Positions 36,200 through 49,700 of a stretch of DNA of 64,000 nucleotides are shown one piece after another; the first letter of the stretch is position 1; each line of letters opens with the position of its first letter. The stretch spans positions 78,678,001-78,742,000 of the forward strand of contig CM060732.1 in the NCBI GenBank assembly GCA_030704615.1. The letters are read 5' to 3'. The stretch is from Takakia lepidozioides (lineage: Eukaryota > Plantae > Bryophyta). The position numbers were made by a program, and so were the translations under genes. The notes under the pieces were generated by a model. That model did not search any database and was not told where the DNA came from. It worked only from the letters and a program-made list of their open reading frames with translations.

Positions 36200-37632
36200 A
36201 CGGCTTGCAGTCCACCAGAACAATTTGCAATTATTCCATTGATTTCTATTCATATAGGAAATTTGTATCTTTCATCTACGTGCGGAGCTCGCGCCCACTA
36301 CTCGATGGTGGAAACACTTCGTCGGGGTTTTAGACGATAATCCAACTCCCGTTCACCCCGATGCCGCGGAGTCAGGAAAGTGTTCTGTGCAGGATAGGTT
36401 TACGAATCTCGATGATGGCGCTCCTTTGGAGGGGGGACGAATATGAGGACTGATCTACTCGAGTAGTCGATGGTAAACGGTGAAAGGAAGCCCCTGGGTC
36501 GGGATACAAACCATGTTCACGCCGGCACACGCTGGTCAAGCCTAGAGAATCCTGGACAGAACGCGCGGGTAGATAAGATGGGGTGACGGCTATGAGGGCG
36601 AGTGCCCAGGGGACTGTGGAATGCGCTCGAGGATGGATGGAAAACCTCCCACAGAAGAAGCGGCGAGGAATGTAGTCCCGGCTCTCTTCGGCCGAGTTAA
36701 AAAATAAAAAATTTTTTATCGATCCCTTCATATATATGAAAAATGTGGTTTGTAAAGAAACAACCTGGAGATGGCTGCCGAGATGGGGCCTCTATTGAGC
36801 CTTCGGCCTCTTCATACACGGGTCATGAGGAGAGAGGAGCCGTATGATGGGAGACTATCACGTACGGTTCCATAGGAGGGGAACAGCTTTCAAACCTCAG
36901 GCCGAAGGTGGACATGGAGCAGAAAAAAAAAGATTTTTATTTCCCCTACCAACCCAATTCATCTTTGTTCATGCCACCAACTATCAGTTTAGTATTGCTT
37001 CTAGTTCATTTTGTCACCCTGAATGGAGGACACTCAGTACCAAATGCTCGGCAATCCTTTGTGGAAATGATTTATGATTTTGTGCTTAACTTGGTGAACG
37101 AACAAATAAGCGGCGCTTCTTCGATGAAACAACGATTTTTCCCCCTAATCTTTGTCACTTTTACTTCTTCATTATTTCGTAATCTTATTGGTATGATACC
37201 CCATAGTTTTACAGTAACAAGTCATTTATAATTACCCTGGGTCTTCCATTATCTCTTTCTATTGGAATCACTATAGTTGGATTTCAAACGCATGGGCTTC
37301 ATTTTTTCAGTTTGTCATTACCGCAAGGAGTACCCTTGTCGTTAGCACCTTTCTTAGTACCTCCCGAGCCAATCCCTCATCGTTTCCGCGCATTAAGTTC
37401 AGGAATACGTTTATTTGCCAATATGATGGCTGGTCATAGTTTAGTCAAGATTTTGAGTGGGTTTGCTCGGACTATGCTATCTATGGGGGGTATTATGTAT
37501 TTAGCACATCTTGCTCCTTTTTTGATAGTATTCGCATCAACTGGTTCAGAATTAGGTGTTGCCATATTACAAGCTTATGTTTCTACCATTTCAATTCGTA
37601 TTTACTTAAATGATGCTATAAACCTTCATTAA
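36200..37632 (+). CDS. atp6: ATP synthase subunit 6; exons 36200-36279, ~36955-37632 (ACG start; one frameshift near 37226)
   Basis: SP(P>L)EQFAII, FTVTSH, GIRLFANMMAGHSLVKIL, YLNDAINLH. Confidence 0.96.
36280..36954 (+). other. Group II intron atp6i80
   Basis: GTGCG after exactly 80 nt; domain V at 36837-36870. Confidence 0.92.
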
Positions 37633-37688
37633 AAAACTGGTGGAGAAAGCACCAAACCAGTTGCTACATCACTTCCTCACTTTCAAGC

Positions 37689-37737
37689 GCGTCATCATCA
37701 ACCGTAATGAAAGAGCTGGATTTGCTTTTGATGACGC
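37689..37737 (+). terminator. Stem-loop downstream of atp6 (possible 3' processing or stability signal)
   Basis: gcgtcatca...tgatgacgc inverted repeat about 56 nt after the stop. Confidence 0.35.
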
Positions 37738-38320
37738 AGAATGATGCACACCAATAGTCGGAGACCTTTGAGAACGCGCGGGATGCGAAAAGCTACGAAA
37801 AAAAAAATATTATATATATTTCGCTGCGCCCTGCGGCCTTGCAGAGTTCCCTGTTGGCGGAAGCCAATGTCCCGGGACCTCGGGGACTAATTCCTACCGA
37901 GACAAGGAGGCCGCAGGTACTCCCCCCCCCCTCCCCCCCGCTCGACAAAAGCCCCTCCGATCGCCTCATTCACAGGAAGTGTGCAGGTACTCATGCGCGC
38001 TACCTGCGGGGTGCGCAAAAAGAATATAGATTTGCTGCGCCCACTCTCTCCCAAAACCTCCCCGATCCGGCTCGGAGAAGGAGCAAGCTTGCCTTCGGCT
38101 GGGACGCTTGCGTTTGATTCTCAGGAAGGGCGAATGATTCGAAATTCTGGTAGAGGCCATGAATAAATCGGGGGGCCTCTGAGTAGCCAAGCGCATAATG
38201 AAGCTTGGGTTGTTTCCTCTCCCCAGGGTGGGGCACGAGGAGGCGAAGCGCATTATTCAGAAGCTTTTCTGCGCTTCGCCTCCTCCGTGGCCCGATCCTT
38301 CTTATCACACTTCGAATAGT

Positions 38321-39050
38321 TTACCACCATCTATAATGCGAAAAACTACGATTGGCTTGAGCAAGTTTATGAAGATCATCCCTTTTTTTACGTGCAATCC
38401 CCATCTTTCGGGAAGCATCCAATATCTCATCAGACAAACATTGATCTAGGCTTATGCTCTTTTTGCTCATACGTCGTTTGGCTGCTGCTTCGAGCATCCA
38501 ACGAATAGCTAAGGTTTCTTGACGATTTGTTGCTATAATAGATGGTACTAATTGAGTAGTACCAGAAATTCTTACTTTTTCACTTCACGAATAGGCTTGA
38601 CATTTTCTATGGCGTTGACCAAAAGTTTTATTACATCGCCATGATGAGCTGGACAATGAAAAGTTTTATAAACAATAGCACGAGATCTCGTTTTTTTACC
38701 ATCAATCATGCAAATATGGACCGATTTTTTTATTAATTGTTTTGTTTACCATTCAAGCCCCGGATATAGCCAAAATTGTCTGAGCAATTGTATGTGCTTG
38801 CCCCACGGCCCCTGGGTCTTGATGGCACATGCCCTGGAAGGGCATAGCATAAATATCTACGATGGGATAAGCAAAGCGCAGAAAAGCTTTCTGGAAAAAA
38901 AAATATATTTTTTCCGCTAAATGGCCAAAAACTTGGCCAATTTTCCTTTTTTTTCGTTCCCGCTTTTTCCGAAAGTCTTGATTGGTGAAACCAATCAAGG
39001 GCTGAACCGAAAGCGAAGCTTAAATTCGATGATTTGACAAATAGATTCAT
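38321..39050 (-). CDS. rps7: Ribosomal protein S7 (frameshifted in this sequence)
   Basis: ATG overlaps the rps12 stop; [40 protein letters not shown]. Confidence 0.9.
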
Positions 39051-39427
39051 ATAGAATCTTTGGTTTTTTTTGTACCATATTTAGATCTGCCTTGACGTCG
39101 ACCCGGTATTCCCTGCAAATCTTTGACTCCTCGAATACGATGGTATTTCACACCTGGCAAATCTTTCACTCTACCTCCTCTAACCATAACCACAGGATGC
39201 TCTTGCGAATTATGACCTTCGCCGGGAATGTAAGCAATTATCTCATTTCGATTGGTTAAACGTACTTTGGCTATCTTGCGTGAAGCTGAATTAGGTTTTT
39301 TTGGTGTTCTTGTCGAAACACGCAGGCATACTCCTTGCTTTTGAGGACATTGATTCGAAGCTCGAGTACGTTGTGTGCGCCGTTTCGACTCTCTACCATG
39401 ACGAATCATTTGATTTATTGTAGGCGT
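39047..39427 (-). CDS. rps12: Ribosomal protein S12 (ACG start)
   Basis: [28 protein letters not shown]. Confidence 0.97.
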   Translation of the reverse strand, partial: TPTINQMIRHGRESKRRTQRTRASNQCPQKQGVCLRVSTRTPKKPNSASRKIAKVRLTNRNEIIAYIPGEGHNSQEHPVVMVRGGRVKDLPGVKYHRIRGVKDLQGIPGRRQGRSKYGTKKTKDSI

Positions 39428-39937
39428 ATTTCACTTACTTGGTTTTTTTCAGAAAGTCGCGTAAAAAAAAAGTTTTTTCCCATTTCTCACGCACGCTCTA
39501 TTCGCTACAGGAATAATGGAGCCTGTGGCCGCTACGCCCTGCGGCCTTTCATCGCTATGCTTCCCACGATCCCTATTAACGATGAACGCGCAAAGGAAAA
39601 ACAAGATAGGACGTTAAAAGACAGAATCAAGGGCGAAGAGACAGAAAAAAAAATATTTATTTTTTCTTGTAGATCATTTTTTAGGCTCTTTTATAATTTA
39701 TCCTCTTTTTGCGCCATTGATTGCTAAGCGGCACAGAAGCACCTGCGGCCTCGGATCACTAAGCTAAGCGGAGTCTTCGCATGCTAAGCAACGAAAAAAA
39801 ATATTTTTTTAAAAAGAAAAAGAAAATATAGATCTCTTTTTTTCGCTCTTGTATCCTTTTTCAGACAATTTACTACGTGCACCAGAAAGCCCTTTTCGCT
39901 TGGCTTCTGGAGCAACCATAGTAATTGTAAGGAAGGT

Positions 39938-40010
39938 TATCCCTTACGGGATTCGAACCCGTGTTCTCGCCATGAAAAGACGATGTCCTATACCCCTAGA
40001 CGAAAGGGAC
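39938..40010 (-). tRNA. trnE: tRNA-Glu(UUC)
   Basis: GTCCCTT...TTC anticodon...GGTTCGAATCCC...AGGGATA. Confidence 0.93.
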
Positions 40011-40559
40011 GAAATGACTTCGAGGAAAGATGTCCGGCCAGAGCTGCGCTGCGAGAGAAGGAAGTGGCACGATCTGCGGCCTGTTGCTCGTCTATGCGCC
40101 ACTTTTCCCTCCCATCTACGAGAATTCATGACGCTTTCAACTAGAAACAAAAACTCTTTACCTTGTCGACATTAAACATAGCAGTAAACCTTAAACGCAA
40201 GCTAGTCAATTCTTGATCACAAAGTAATCTTCTTCGAACCCGATTACTGGCATGTCGTAATGTATGAAGCCAAACCACGTAACTGCGGTCAAGATTGAAT
40301 GATTTGACCACAGTGCTATGACGGGAAACTGTCTCGGATCACGGAAGGCACAAACGCTTAATAATGCAATACGGTAGTAATGGCCTAATTTAAAACAATG
40401 CTTGGTAGTATACCATCGCTTGGGCGAATGGGGTGAAACAGGGTGCAACCTATATATTATATTTTTTTAAATTTGTTAAATATTTCTTCATATATATATT
40501 TTTTTTTCTTCGTAGTGACTCAGCGCAGATGACACGTAGTGCTTAAGAATAATCGACTT

Positions 40560-40633
40560 GTGCTTGTAGCTCAATCGGATAGAGCACCAAACTACGGATT
40601 TGGGGGTTGAGAGTTCGAATCTTTCCAAGCATG
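40560..40633 (+). tRNA. trnR: tRNA-Arg(ACG)
   Basis: Cloverleaf with CTACGGA loop. Confidence 0.93.
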
Positions 40634-40734
40634 GGCCTATCAATCAAATTGTACTAAGGGAATACGTCCGATAGGTGTAAAGTAAGCAGTTCCAATCAGA
40701 CGTATTTTATTATCTCCCTGCTCTGTCGGAGCTG

Positions 40735-40806
40735 GCGGAAATAGCTTAATGGTAGAGTATAGCCTTGCCAAGGCTGAGGTTGAGGGTTCAAGTCCCTTTT
40801 TCCGCT
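40735..40806 (+). tRNA. trnG: tRNA-Gly(GCC)
   Basis: Cloverleaf with TTGCCAA loop. Confidence 0.93.
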
Positions 40807-41438
40807 TGGGTTGATATTAACTGGGTCTTCCCTTGTGGTTTCGCGGAGACGAAGTTGTTGTGGTCACCGGCGAAGCGGGCCGAAGGCACCGGGAGAGAGT
40901 GGCCAAGAGAACCAGGGACCAAGTTGCTTGGCCTCGGGGCCGCAGGCCACAGGAGGCGCAGCTTCAGATATTCGGAAAAGAGAGAAAGGAAAAAATTTTT
41001 TATTGGCTACCACCCGCCACGCCGCGGCGGGGAGATGAATCATTTGTCATGATCCAGGGCGCAGGTGCACCCATCCTTCTTCGCGCTGCGGGGGTCATTG
41101 CCCCGCGAAACGCGGTGAAACCGGTGCTGCGCCCACATTATCCGCATAACAAATGATGGGGGCTTGGAACCGGGAGGATGGAGGAATGAAACGGTACGGA
41201 GAGTCATTGGAGGCACAGTGCTTTCCCTGTTCTTAGCAAAGGCCAAATAAAATACCTGCGAAAAAAATTAGTTTTTTTCATCGCGGCCCGCGAAAAGCTA
41301 CGCCTGCGGCCTTGCTCGAATTCAGCCTTAAATCCAAGCCAGACTCGCGGATTATGCAATTACTATGGTGAATTTAACACTTACCAAGAAAATAAAATTT
41401 TTTTATATTTCTCCGAACCGGCAGAGAAATCTCACAAC

Positions 41439-43911
41439 TTACAAACATAGACTTAGCGCCATTTGATGAGTGACTAAAAATAAGGAGAGGGGTATAGAAA
41501 GAAAAAAGTAATAAAAAATAAAGTAATTGCTAGTAGTAAGGATTTTTCACGATCCATGGGTCTATATAGAATCCAGGTTTTAGGTGTATCAAAATACATT
41601 ATTTTCACAAAGCGTATATAATAAAAACAACTGATAACGCTAGTAACAACTCCTATTAAGGCTAGTAAGTAAGCCCCGCAGCCTAAAGCGGCGAAAAACA
41701 AATAGAATTTGCTACGAAATCCGGCTAACGGGGGTATTCCTGCGTATGGAAACATAGTAATAGACGGGGTAATAGCTGAAATAGGATTAGTTTTGGCTAA
41801 AGCACCTAAATCCGCTATATATTTGAAACGGTTTTGACGTAATGCTAAAACTATGGCGAATACATTGATGGTCATTAATACATAAATAAAGACACCGATT
41901 AGTAGCGATTGAATCCCTTCTATGGTTCCACATGAAAAACCAATGAAGAGATAACCTACATGTCCGATAGAACTATAAGCTAAAGGTCTTTTAACTTTGT
42001 TTTGGGCCATGGCGGCCAGTGCTCCTAAGATCATAGAAGCGATGCTGCAGAAAAGGAATAGTTGTTGCCATGTCGGATCATAGAAACTATAAATAGAAAC
42101 ACGTACCATATTGGCAAGAATAGAGATTTTAGGTGCAATAGGAAAGAATGCTGTAACCGGAGTAGGTGAACCCTCGTATACATCAGGTGCCCACATATGA
42201 AAAGGAACTGCTGTGATCTTAAATGGAAAACCTACGGCAATAAATAAAATCCCCATAAAAATACCACTAGATTGAGCACCGAACGAAGTGATTTCATATC
42301 CAGTGAAAATCTTAGCTAATTCCTCAAAGTTAGTAACTCCAGTAAATCCGTAAATCATAGAACGACCAAACAATAAAATTCCAGGGGAGAATGCACCTAA
42401 AATAAAATATTTTGAGCCGGCTTCTGTGGAAAATTCAGAGTCTCTTTTTGGGGCTGCGATCACATGAAAACGTAAACTCTGAGGCTCAATAGCTAAATAC
42501 GTGGCAATTAAATCATAAGCCGAGATCATAAGAAGCATACTGCGAGTAGGAAGTGAAATTGGGACAATAGATTCAAAAGCATTCAAACTCTCTTCTTTGA
42601 AATAATCCAAACACATAACTATAGTGCTAGCCGTACTTAATAATAGAAAGATTTGGCAAAAATATGTAAAATTGTCTATTATTAAATTATTATAGAATAA
42701 ATTGGCAACAGTTAGAGGTGCGCCAGCGGCAACCAATAGGATGGTTATTAGATACCGATAGGGTTCTTACCCCCCGGTCAGAACCACACGTGCAAGTTTC
42801 CTTGCATGTGGCTCGTCCATGATAACTTCTTCGGGTTTACGGACCGGGACCCCCCAGGGCTGGGCCTGCATAGACGAAACGGAACATCGGTCATGTTCGG
42901 AGTTGGCGTTATGCCATATCGTCTTCCATTCCCAAGGGGTATATTGGTTACGTCCGTAGGTGGAGTAATCAAAATCGCTGCTTTGCCCAGCTGTTGCCTT
43001 AGTCCTTCATTCAGGGTTGGTATATTGACGTAGGAAGTCTCGTTAGTATGAGGCTGAAAGTTAGTTACACTCAGCAAAAAAAAATATTTTTTTTTTCCCA
43101 GTCAGCTAGGCCAGCCTCTATTGGCATTATCCCAAATCGCTTCTCCGATTCTGCTACACCTTCCAGACGCGGCGCGCGTCCGCGTGTTTCCAGTACAGCG
43201 CATTATCACCTACCTCCCTTTCCTCCGAGCTCTTCACTCCAAGGGGCATCGTCGTATGCTCGACATTAATTGCCCGGTGTACTTTTCGGGGTACATTATG
43301 GAAGGATCTGTCACCCGTACATTTTTGGCCAAAGCCTCGGTCTCCAAGGGATTTTCAAAAGTCTTTTTTGAAATCGTAGCAAAATATTTTTTTTTCTCTG
43401 GGCTACGCCCCGCTTCTCTCGAAGCTGGTCCTATAGAGTCCATTTGGGTGATCCCTAGTTTGCGCGTTTGGTCGTTTGCTCGCCGTTTAGTTACGTGTAC
43501 GACTCTTCCTGTTCGTTACAGTTACGTCCGGAGGGTTGCTCGCGCGTGAGTAGCGTTCGGGCCCACGTGCCTTCCGGCCCCGCCCCTCGTTTGGGGGAGT
43601 TACCTTACTCCTATGCGTACGATTGTCCTTGCGGCGAAACGCGGATAGTACCCATGCTATGGTTCCCTGCGGTCTGATCCCACATAAGGTTAGGGAGTCC
43701 ACCCGAGCGATTGCTTTCAACCTTCGTCTTCCCAAACGCGCCCTCCTAGGCGCGCAACACTAAGTGAACCAAGCCAACTCACATTACGCACCAATGGTGG
43801 ATAATCATATTTCTTAGAGGTACTAAATACAACTCCATAAATAAGCGAAATGATGGTTGCGTTAATAAGAAAGATCTCTGGGAAAAGCGCTAAAAAATCA
43901 TGTTCAAACAT
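41439..43911 (-). CDS. nad2: NADH dehydrogenase subunit 2; exons 43756-43911, 41439-42751
   Basis: FPEIFLINA, KITAVPFHMWAPDVYEGSP, AYSSIGHVGY; 1-bp deletion near 41482 before the true C-terminus (VTHQMALSLCL*). Confidence 0.97.
42752..43755 (-). other. Group II intron nad2i156
   Basis: GCGCG after 156 nt; domain V at 42781-42814. Confidence 0.92.
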
Positions 43912-43937
43912 TTCTTCGAACCTCTTTTTTATGTTTC

Positions 43938-46147
43938 TTAATCAAATTTTCCATGTTGCACTAAGTTACTTACGGAAGTATGCATACACTCTGGGAACAC
44001 TTCGGGGTAAACACCCATCCGAATAACTCCGACAATAAAAGGTAAAAATATTAGAACTTCTCTTCTATTTAAATCGGATAATTTTTGGAGGAAATTGGGT
44101 TTTTAAATTCCCAAAAATCACACGATTATATAGCCAAAGAGAATAAGCTGCGCCTAAAATCATCCCAAGTGCTGCTAATGTGGCCACTAAGCTATTTCTT
44201 TGGAAAGCTCCTACTAAAATGAGAAATTCCCCGATAGAGCTGCTAGTACCGGGTAAACTCATATTGGCTAAAGTGGGGAATAAGGGAATGGTAGGAAACA
44301 TTGGCATGGTGCTGACTAAACCTCCATAATATTTAACAAGTCGAGTCTTATGTCGGTCATATGGAGCACCAACACGTGGAGAAGGGGCTGAAGGAACCGG
44401 TCCATGACTTGACATAGGTAAAATACTACCTTCAATTCCCTGTGTTTGGACTGAACATACCAATAGTCACAAAATTCATATGGGCTACTGGAGAGTGGGC
44501 AATAATTTTCTTCAGATCGATTTGTCTTATTGTAGTCAAGGAAGTATATATAATAGCAATCACGCTTGGAGTATAAATGAAAGGAGTGGAATGAAGTGTC
44601 GCTTCAGGAAACATGGGTATGGAAAATCTTGAAAAACCATAGGTTCCTAATTTTAGAAGAATTCCTGCCAAGATTACAGATCCAGCCGTAGGTGCCTCTA
44701 CATGAGCTTCGGGTAACCGAATATGCACTGGTACCATAGGCACTTTCACGGAGAGAGAAGCAAAAAAAGCAATCCATAGCAAGATTTGGCGCCGCTCACT
44801 AAATTCTGTAGTTAATAATATTTGTAAATCAGTGGTTCCTGTTTGAGAAAAAATAAATAAAATGGCTAAGAGCATGAAGACAGATCCAAGTAGAGTATAT
44901 AAAAAAAACTGATATGCTGCTCGTATTTTTCTTCGTCTAGAACCCCATACCCCTATAATAATGGGAGAGTAAGGGATAGGCCCTCTGCTTTATCTCCCCA
45001 CGATAAGTGGGTCGGAAAACGCTTCTTCAGTAGGTACCCACTCCCTTCTCAGGGAACCGTACGTGATACTCTCGCATCATACGGCTCCGTCTCGAGATAG
45101 CTGATGAGTCGGAAAGAAACGCCAAGCCGAAAAAAATATATTTTTATTTTGGTCCTCTCTTTTGTTTCAGCAACTCATCCTGCGGCCTCGCCAATCGCTT
45201 CCGGGGGGAGGAATCGACCTGAGGCCTTTTCTCAAGACCAGGACGATTATCCCTGTCAACTCAATAGGTAGCTGACGAGTTTACGTCCATCCCCAGGCGT
45301 CGGGTACAGTTCCCTTCCCCGCCACCCCCGTAGCCGTCACCTGTAATTCGCGCAGGTGTGTCTGCACCCCCTGGACTTGACGAAAAATGTTTTCCCGCAG
45401 CAAAACTCCATTCTCCTCCGCCTAGGAGCACCCTTTCCTGCATGTCCATACAATACTCGAGTAGGCAGGGTGAAGTCTTGCAAGGTACCCATTCAGAGTA
45501 CCTCCCTAATCCCAGATAGGTCATCCGACGGGTTCGACCAAAAAGCTATGCTTACACACAAGACTACCCTTCTCCGAAAGCTTCGCGGGGACTACTAAAC
45601 TTAGATCCGCCCGGAGGAGTTTACTGCACAAGGCTCCTGCAGAGGCGGCGCTTCGCGCCGCGAATATCAGATGCTCAGCTCCGCACAACATAGGGATTGA
45701 AACGCTTTCAGGAAAAACATAAGATAGTAAAAGATCCGGCATGCGAAACACAGCAATCATGAAAGATTCACGAATTAAAAACGCTATCATATACTCTTTT
45801 TTATAACTCTTGATACTGGACCAACCTACTGGAATGCGAATAGGAATTAAAAATGTGGTCAAGACCACAGAGAATAAAGAGATACCATCTATACCTATGT
45901 GAAAATTGATGTTTGAATAAGGAAGCCATCGAATGGTTTCCACAAATTGAAATTTGGCTGTAGAATTATCGAATTGTATCCAAGGAAAGGGAGAATACAA
46001 AAAAGTAATCAAAGAGGTGCACAAACCAATACTTCGTATCAGTCGTATTCTTGAATCAGGGATAACAAAAGTAATAATGCTTCCTAACGGAGGACACGGA
46101 ATAAGACCACTGAGATTGGAATAAAATGGAGCTAAGAATTGTAACGT
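43938..46147 (-). CDS. nad4: NADH dehydrogenase subunit 4; exons 45687-46147, 43938-44963 (ACG start)
   Basis: GIDGISLF, LPEAHVEAPTAGS, YDRHKTR; 26-bp spacer to nad2. Confidence 0.97.
44964..45686 (-). other. Group II intron nad4i461
   Basis: GTGCG after exactly 461 nt; domain V at ~45054-45088. Confidence 0.93.
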
Positions 46148-46775
46148 AAATGTTACTCTTCTTCCAATAAATCCCGAGGACGCAGCTCTCTTCGCAGGCC
46201 GCAGGTCTATATCTCTTCTCGGCTTTCCAGCCATAGCGGCCGATGATGGTATATCACCCCGCACTTATATACATAACGCCCGTAACAATTGCATAACTTG
46301 ATGGGCTTTTGTATGCGCATACTATGTAATTGCATGCTTCGCCCTTCGCTGCTTTGCCCAACGCTTCAGGGCCTGCTACTATGACCGGACGGACCCGGTC
46401 AAGGCCGGGGGGATAAGAAAAAGCCAATTAATGGGCCAAAAAAAATTTTTTTTTCCGTTCTATGTTTCTTTCGTTTTCTCCCCTCCGACCCTCGATCTAT
46501 CATTCCATCATTCCAACCTTTACTTCCTCCTTCCCCCTCCTCGGATTCCCTATAGTATAGGCCCGAACCAATCCCGTGCTGAGGACCTTTTTTCAGGACT
46601 CATCGTAGATGAACTGCAAAGCGTAGCTTGGGCTCCAAGAAAAATCTATTTTTTTTTTCGCTCGTCAGGCTTCGGGCCTCGGCCCCCTCCCAGCGGAGCT
46701 GAGAAAAGGGCGTAGCACCGGCTTATCATTGCGTCCCTTGAAGTTTCGTGTTATTATACGAGGAAGTTTGGACCT

Positions 46776-49700
46776 TTGGTTCGTGCTAATGTCTTTTTCG
46801 AAACGGATAAATAGAAAACTCACTATGTAAATAAAATACAATCGATTATCTACCCGAAAAGAAATAGAATCCCACAGACCTATTATGGTAATAAATATGG
46901 TTAAGCCAATCGACATCACAGAAGCATAATGATAAACAAAGCCACTTTGAAGTTTACTGATTTGCTTGGCTAATTTTCGAAATGTGTACGAAATCCCATA
47001 AGGCCCCAAGATTTCAATAGCACCTTATCTAAAGCTTTAAATGAGACTTCGTATCCAAGATGCAAAAACGATCTAACTATAAGGTCATTAAAAACTTTAT
47101 CAAAAAACCAGCGCTTATTTAAAAAGCAATATAGTCGATTACCCAAAGTACTAGTTTTCGAAGCGAAAATGAATTGATTTGCTACAAAATTTATTATACG
47201 CCACAAAAGCACCTAAAGTACTAAACAAAATAGGAATTAGTTTGATAATTGTTGGAGTAGCAAACTCGGATTCGGCAATAATTTCATTTTTGGGTAGTGT
47301 GAAAAGGGAATTAGCCCGAAAAATTGGTACCTAAACCAATCATCGTATCGGTCCCTAAGCCGTTCCATTGCTGGAACGGCTTGGCTTCAAAACCGTACGT
47401 GAGGCTTCCGCCTCATACGGCTCCTCTCAGGATTTTCCGTCTCCCCGCTTGTTTTCAACATGGCAATGCTTGTCTAGGAGTTGAAGGTTGTTGTATACGA
47501 ACACCCAAGGATTTCACTTTGATGTGGTCTACTCCCATGTCCTCGTGGTTTCCGAACATCTTTGGGCAATGTACTCAAGAGCCCCTTCAGGAGTTTGGCT
47601 ACCGCATCTGGAGCCTCAGATTCCAGTAAATATTATTTCCGTCGAAGGTGCGCAGCGGAGAAGAGAAGTCGAAACGGAAAAAAAATATAGATTTCTTTGC
47701 TGTTGCGCCCTCTCCTCACTCGGCTTGTATTTCCATTGGGCTCTTATCTTGTCTCACCTTAATGTGCTTGTGGCTAGCTATCCAACTCGGTTTGACCAGG
47801 TAATATTCTTTTTTAACCCCAAAGGCCGTTGTGTAGGAGTCGTACGAAATCCAGTTATCTTGGTGTGCTTTCCCTTGGAAGATCCAGCTTCTCCTTTCAG
47901 GGAAGTACTTTAGTTTGATTTTATCACGACCCCATGTTGGGTGCCGTCGGTACACCCATGCTCGGATTTTGAAAGATGTCATGGTCTAGTCTCCGGAATA
48001 CATTGCTGCATTCGGAGTATTTGAAGTAGTTGCCCCATCCCACTATTTTCGGGTACCGGGGTTGCGATAGGTTGGTAGGCCGCTTTTCCCTTTGAGAGTT
48101 GGATGGCCCGTCGAATCTCCTCGAGAAATCTCCGGCGAGACTCACGAGACGGAGTTATTAAAGTTTTCACTTTGCCCCATTTCCAGATATGATTGATTGG
48201 GAACCCTAGGAATTGGAACCCGGATCTGGTGTTGACTATCTGGGTCTTATCCGGGTGCAATTCTAGTCCCATGCACTTTAACCATTCCCCCAGAAATGTC
48301 CGAGCCTGTTCTAGGACCTCCCTGGATTGGTGAAGTACAACGAAGTCGTTGGCATATCTAACCAGTATCGGAGTTGTTCTTGGGGGTGTGCTTTCAGTGC
48401 CCACTCCCCCAAAGCTGTCTCCATCCCATGGAGAGCATGTTGGCTAGCAGTGGGGAGATGACACCACAGGTGCCCATATTACTGGTCTCCACGTACTGGG
48501 GATTATTCCCCAATCCGGTCATGATGTCGGCTTTCAGCCAGGCTTTGACCTGTCTGGCTAGACTAGACAGAGTTTTAAGTTTGTCCAAGAGGGCTTCGTG
48601 GTTGATGCGATCGAAACATTTGGAAATGTCCGCGTTCGGAACATACTTAGGCTTGGCTCGAATAGCTAAGAATATGGCTTCGATGGCATCCTGGCAGCTC
48701 CGTCCAGGTCTGAATCCATAGGAATTGGGTTCGAAGCGGGCTTCCCATTCGGGTTCCGGGGCCATCCTGGCCAAAGCCTGCTTGGCTCTGTCCCCGATAA
48801 CGGGGATGGGCCGGAGAGATGAAAAGGCGCGAAGTGCAGTTCGATAAAAAAAATCTATATTTTTTTTGGCTGGTAGTTTTCTGGGCGCAAAGCGCGCTCG
48901 GTTGACTTTACGTCTTCTGGCGCGCGGCGCAGAAAGGGCGCAGCAAAATATATATATTTTTATTGCTGGTAGTTTTCTGGCTTGTAGTTTTATTGGTCGC
49001 TTTTCCTCCTCCCGGGGCTCCGATATCCCTATTCGACGAATGGGCGTAGCCTTCCCATCCAATTGGAGCCCTCTTGCCATCTCTATTCTTTGTGGCCCCG
49101 AGGTCACCACCTTCTCGTCAATGCCAGGGTTTTTTCTCCCTCGGTTCTCCTGTGTAACTCGTCTCACGGCTAATAGTCTGGCGTGTATATTTTGTATGAG
49201 TCTAGATTGTGGAGCACGCATCTTATCCGTATCGTTGGAGCGAGAAGCTTGGTAAATCCTGGTTTGGAGTCTAAAAACAACTGCCTTGACCTTAGGCCAA
49301 GGAATTTGTTCCCGGGGTATCGTTCGGGTATCTATGTATAACCTACTCATAACTTATTCTCCTTTCCAGTTTCTACTGAGATCCCAAGTCTCCAAGTGGG
49401 CATAATAAAAATGCTGCGAAAAAAAATATATTTTGGCTGGCTGCGCCCTGCGGCCTTGGCTTTTTAGAGAATCCTGCTCCCGTGGGGCTTGTAGCTTGGC
49501 AGCCCACCGCAAGGGAGCCCTACCGGAGTCTTCCAGTTTCGAGTGTATTGGATAGTTATAGCGGCCCATAGGCGCGAGATGTACTTTGCGGGGCGGTCCC
49601 CGGGACATAGTCCTTTCAGACAGTGGCCGTTTAGTCCATGGTCCATTGGATGTTCGGTGCAAGACCAAAATTTTGCACTGCAAGTACCCCTCGTTCCTGC

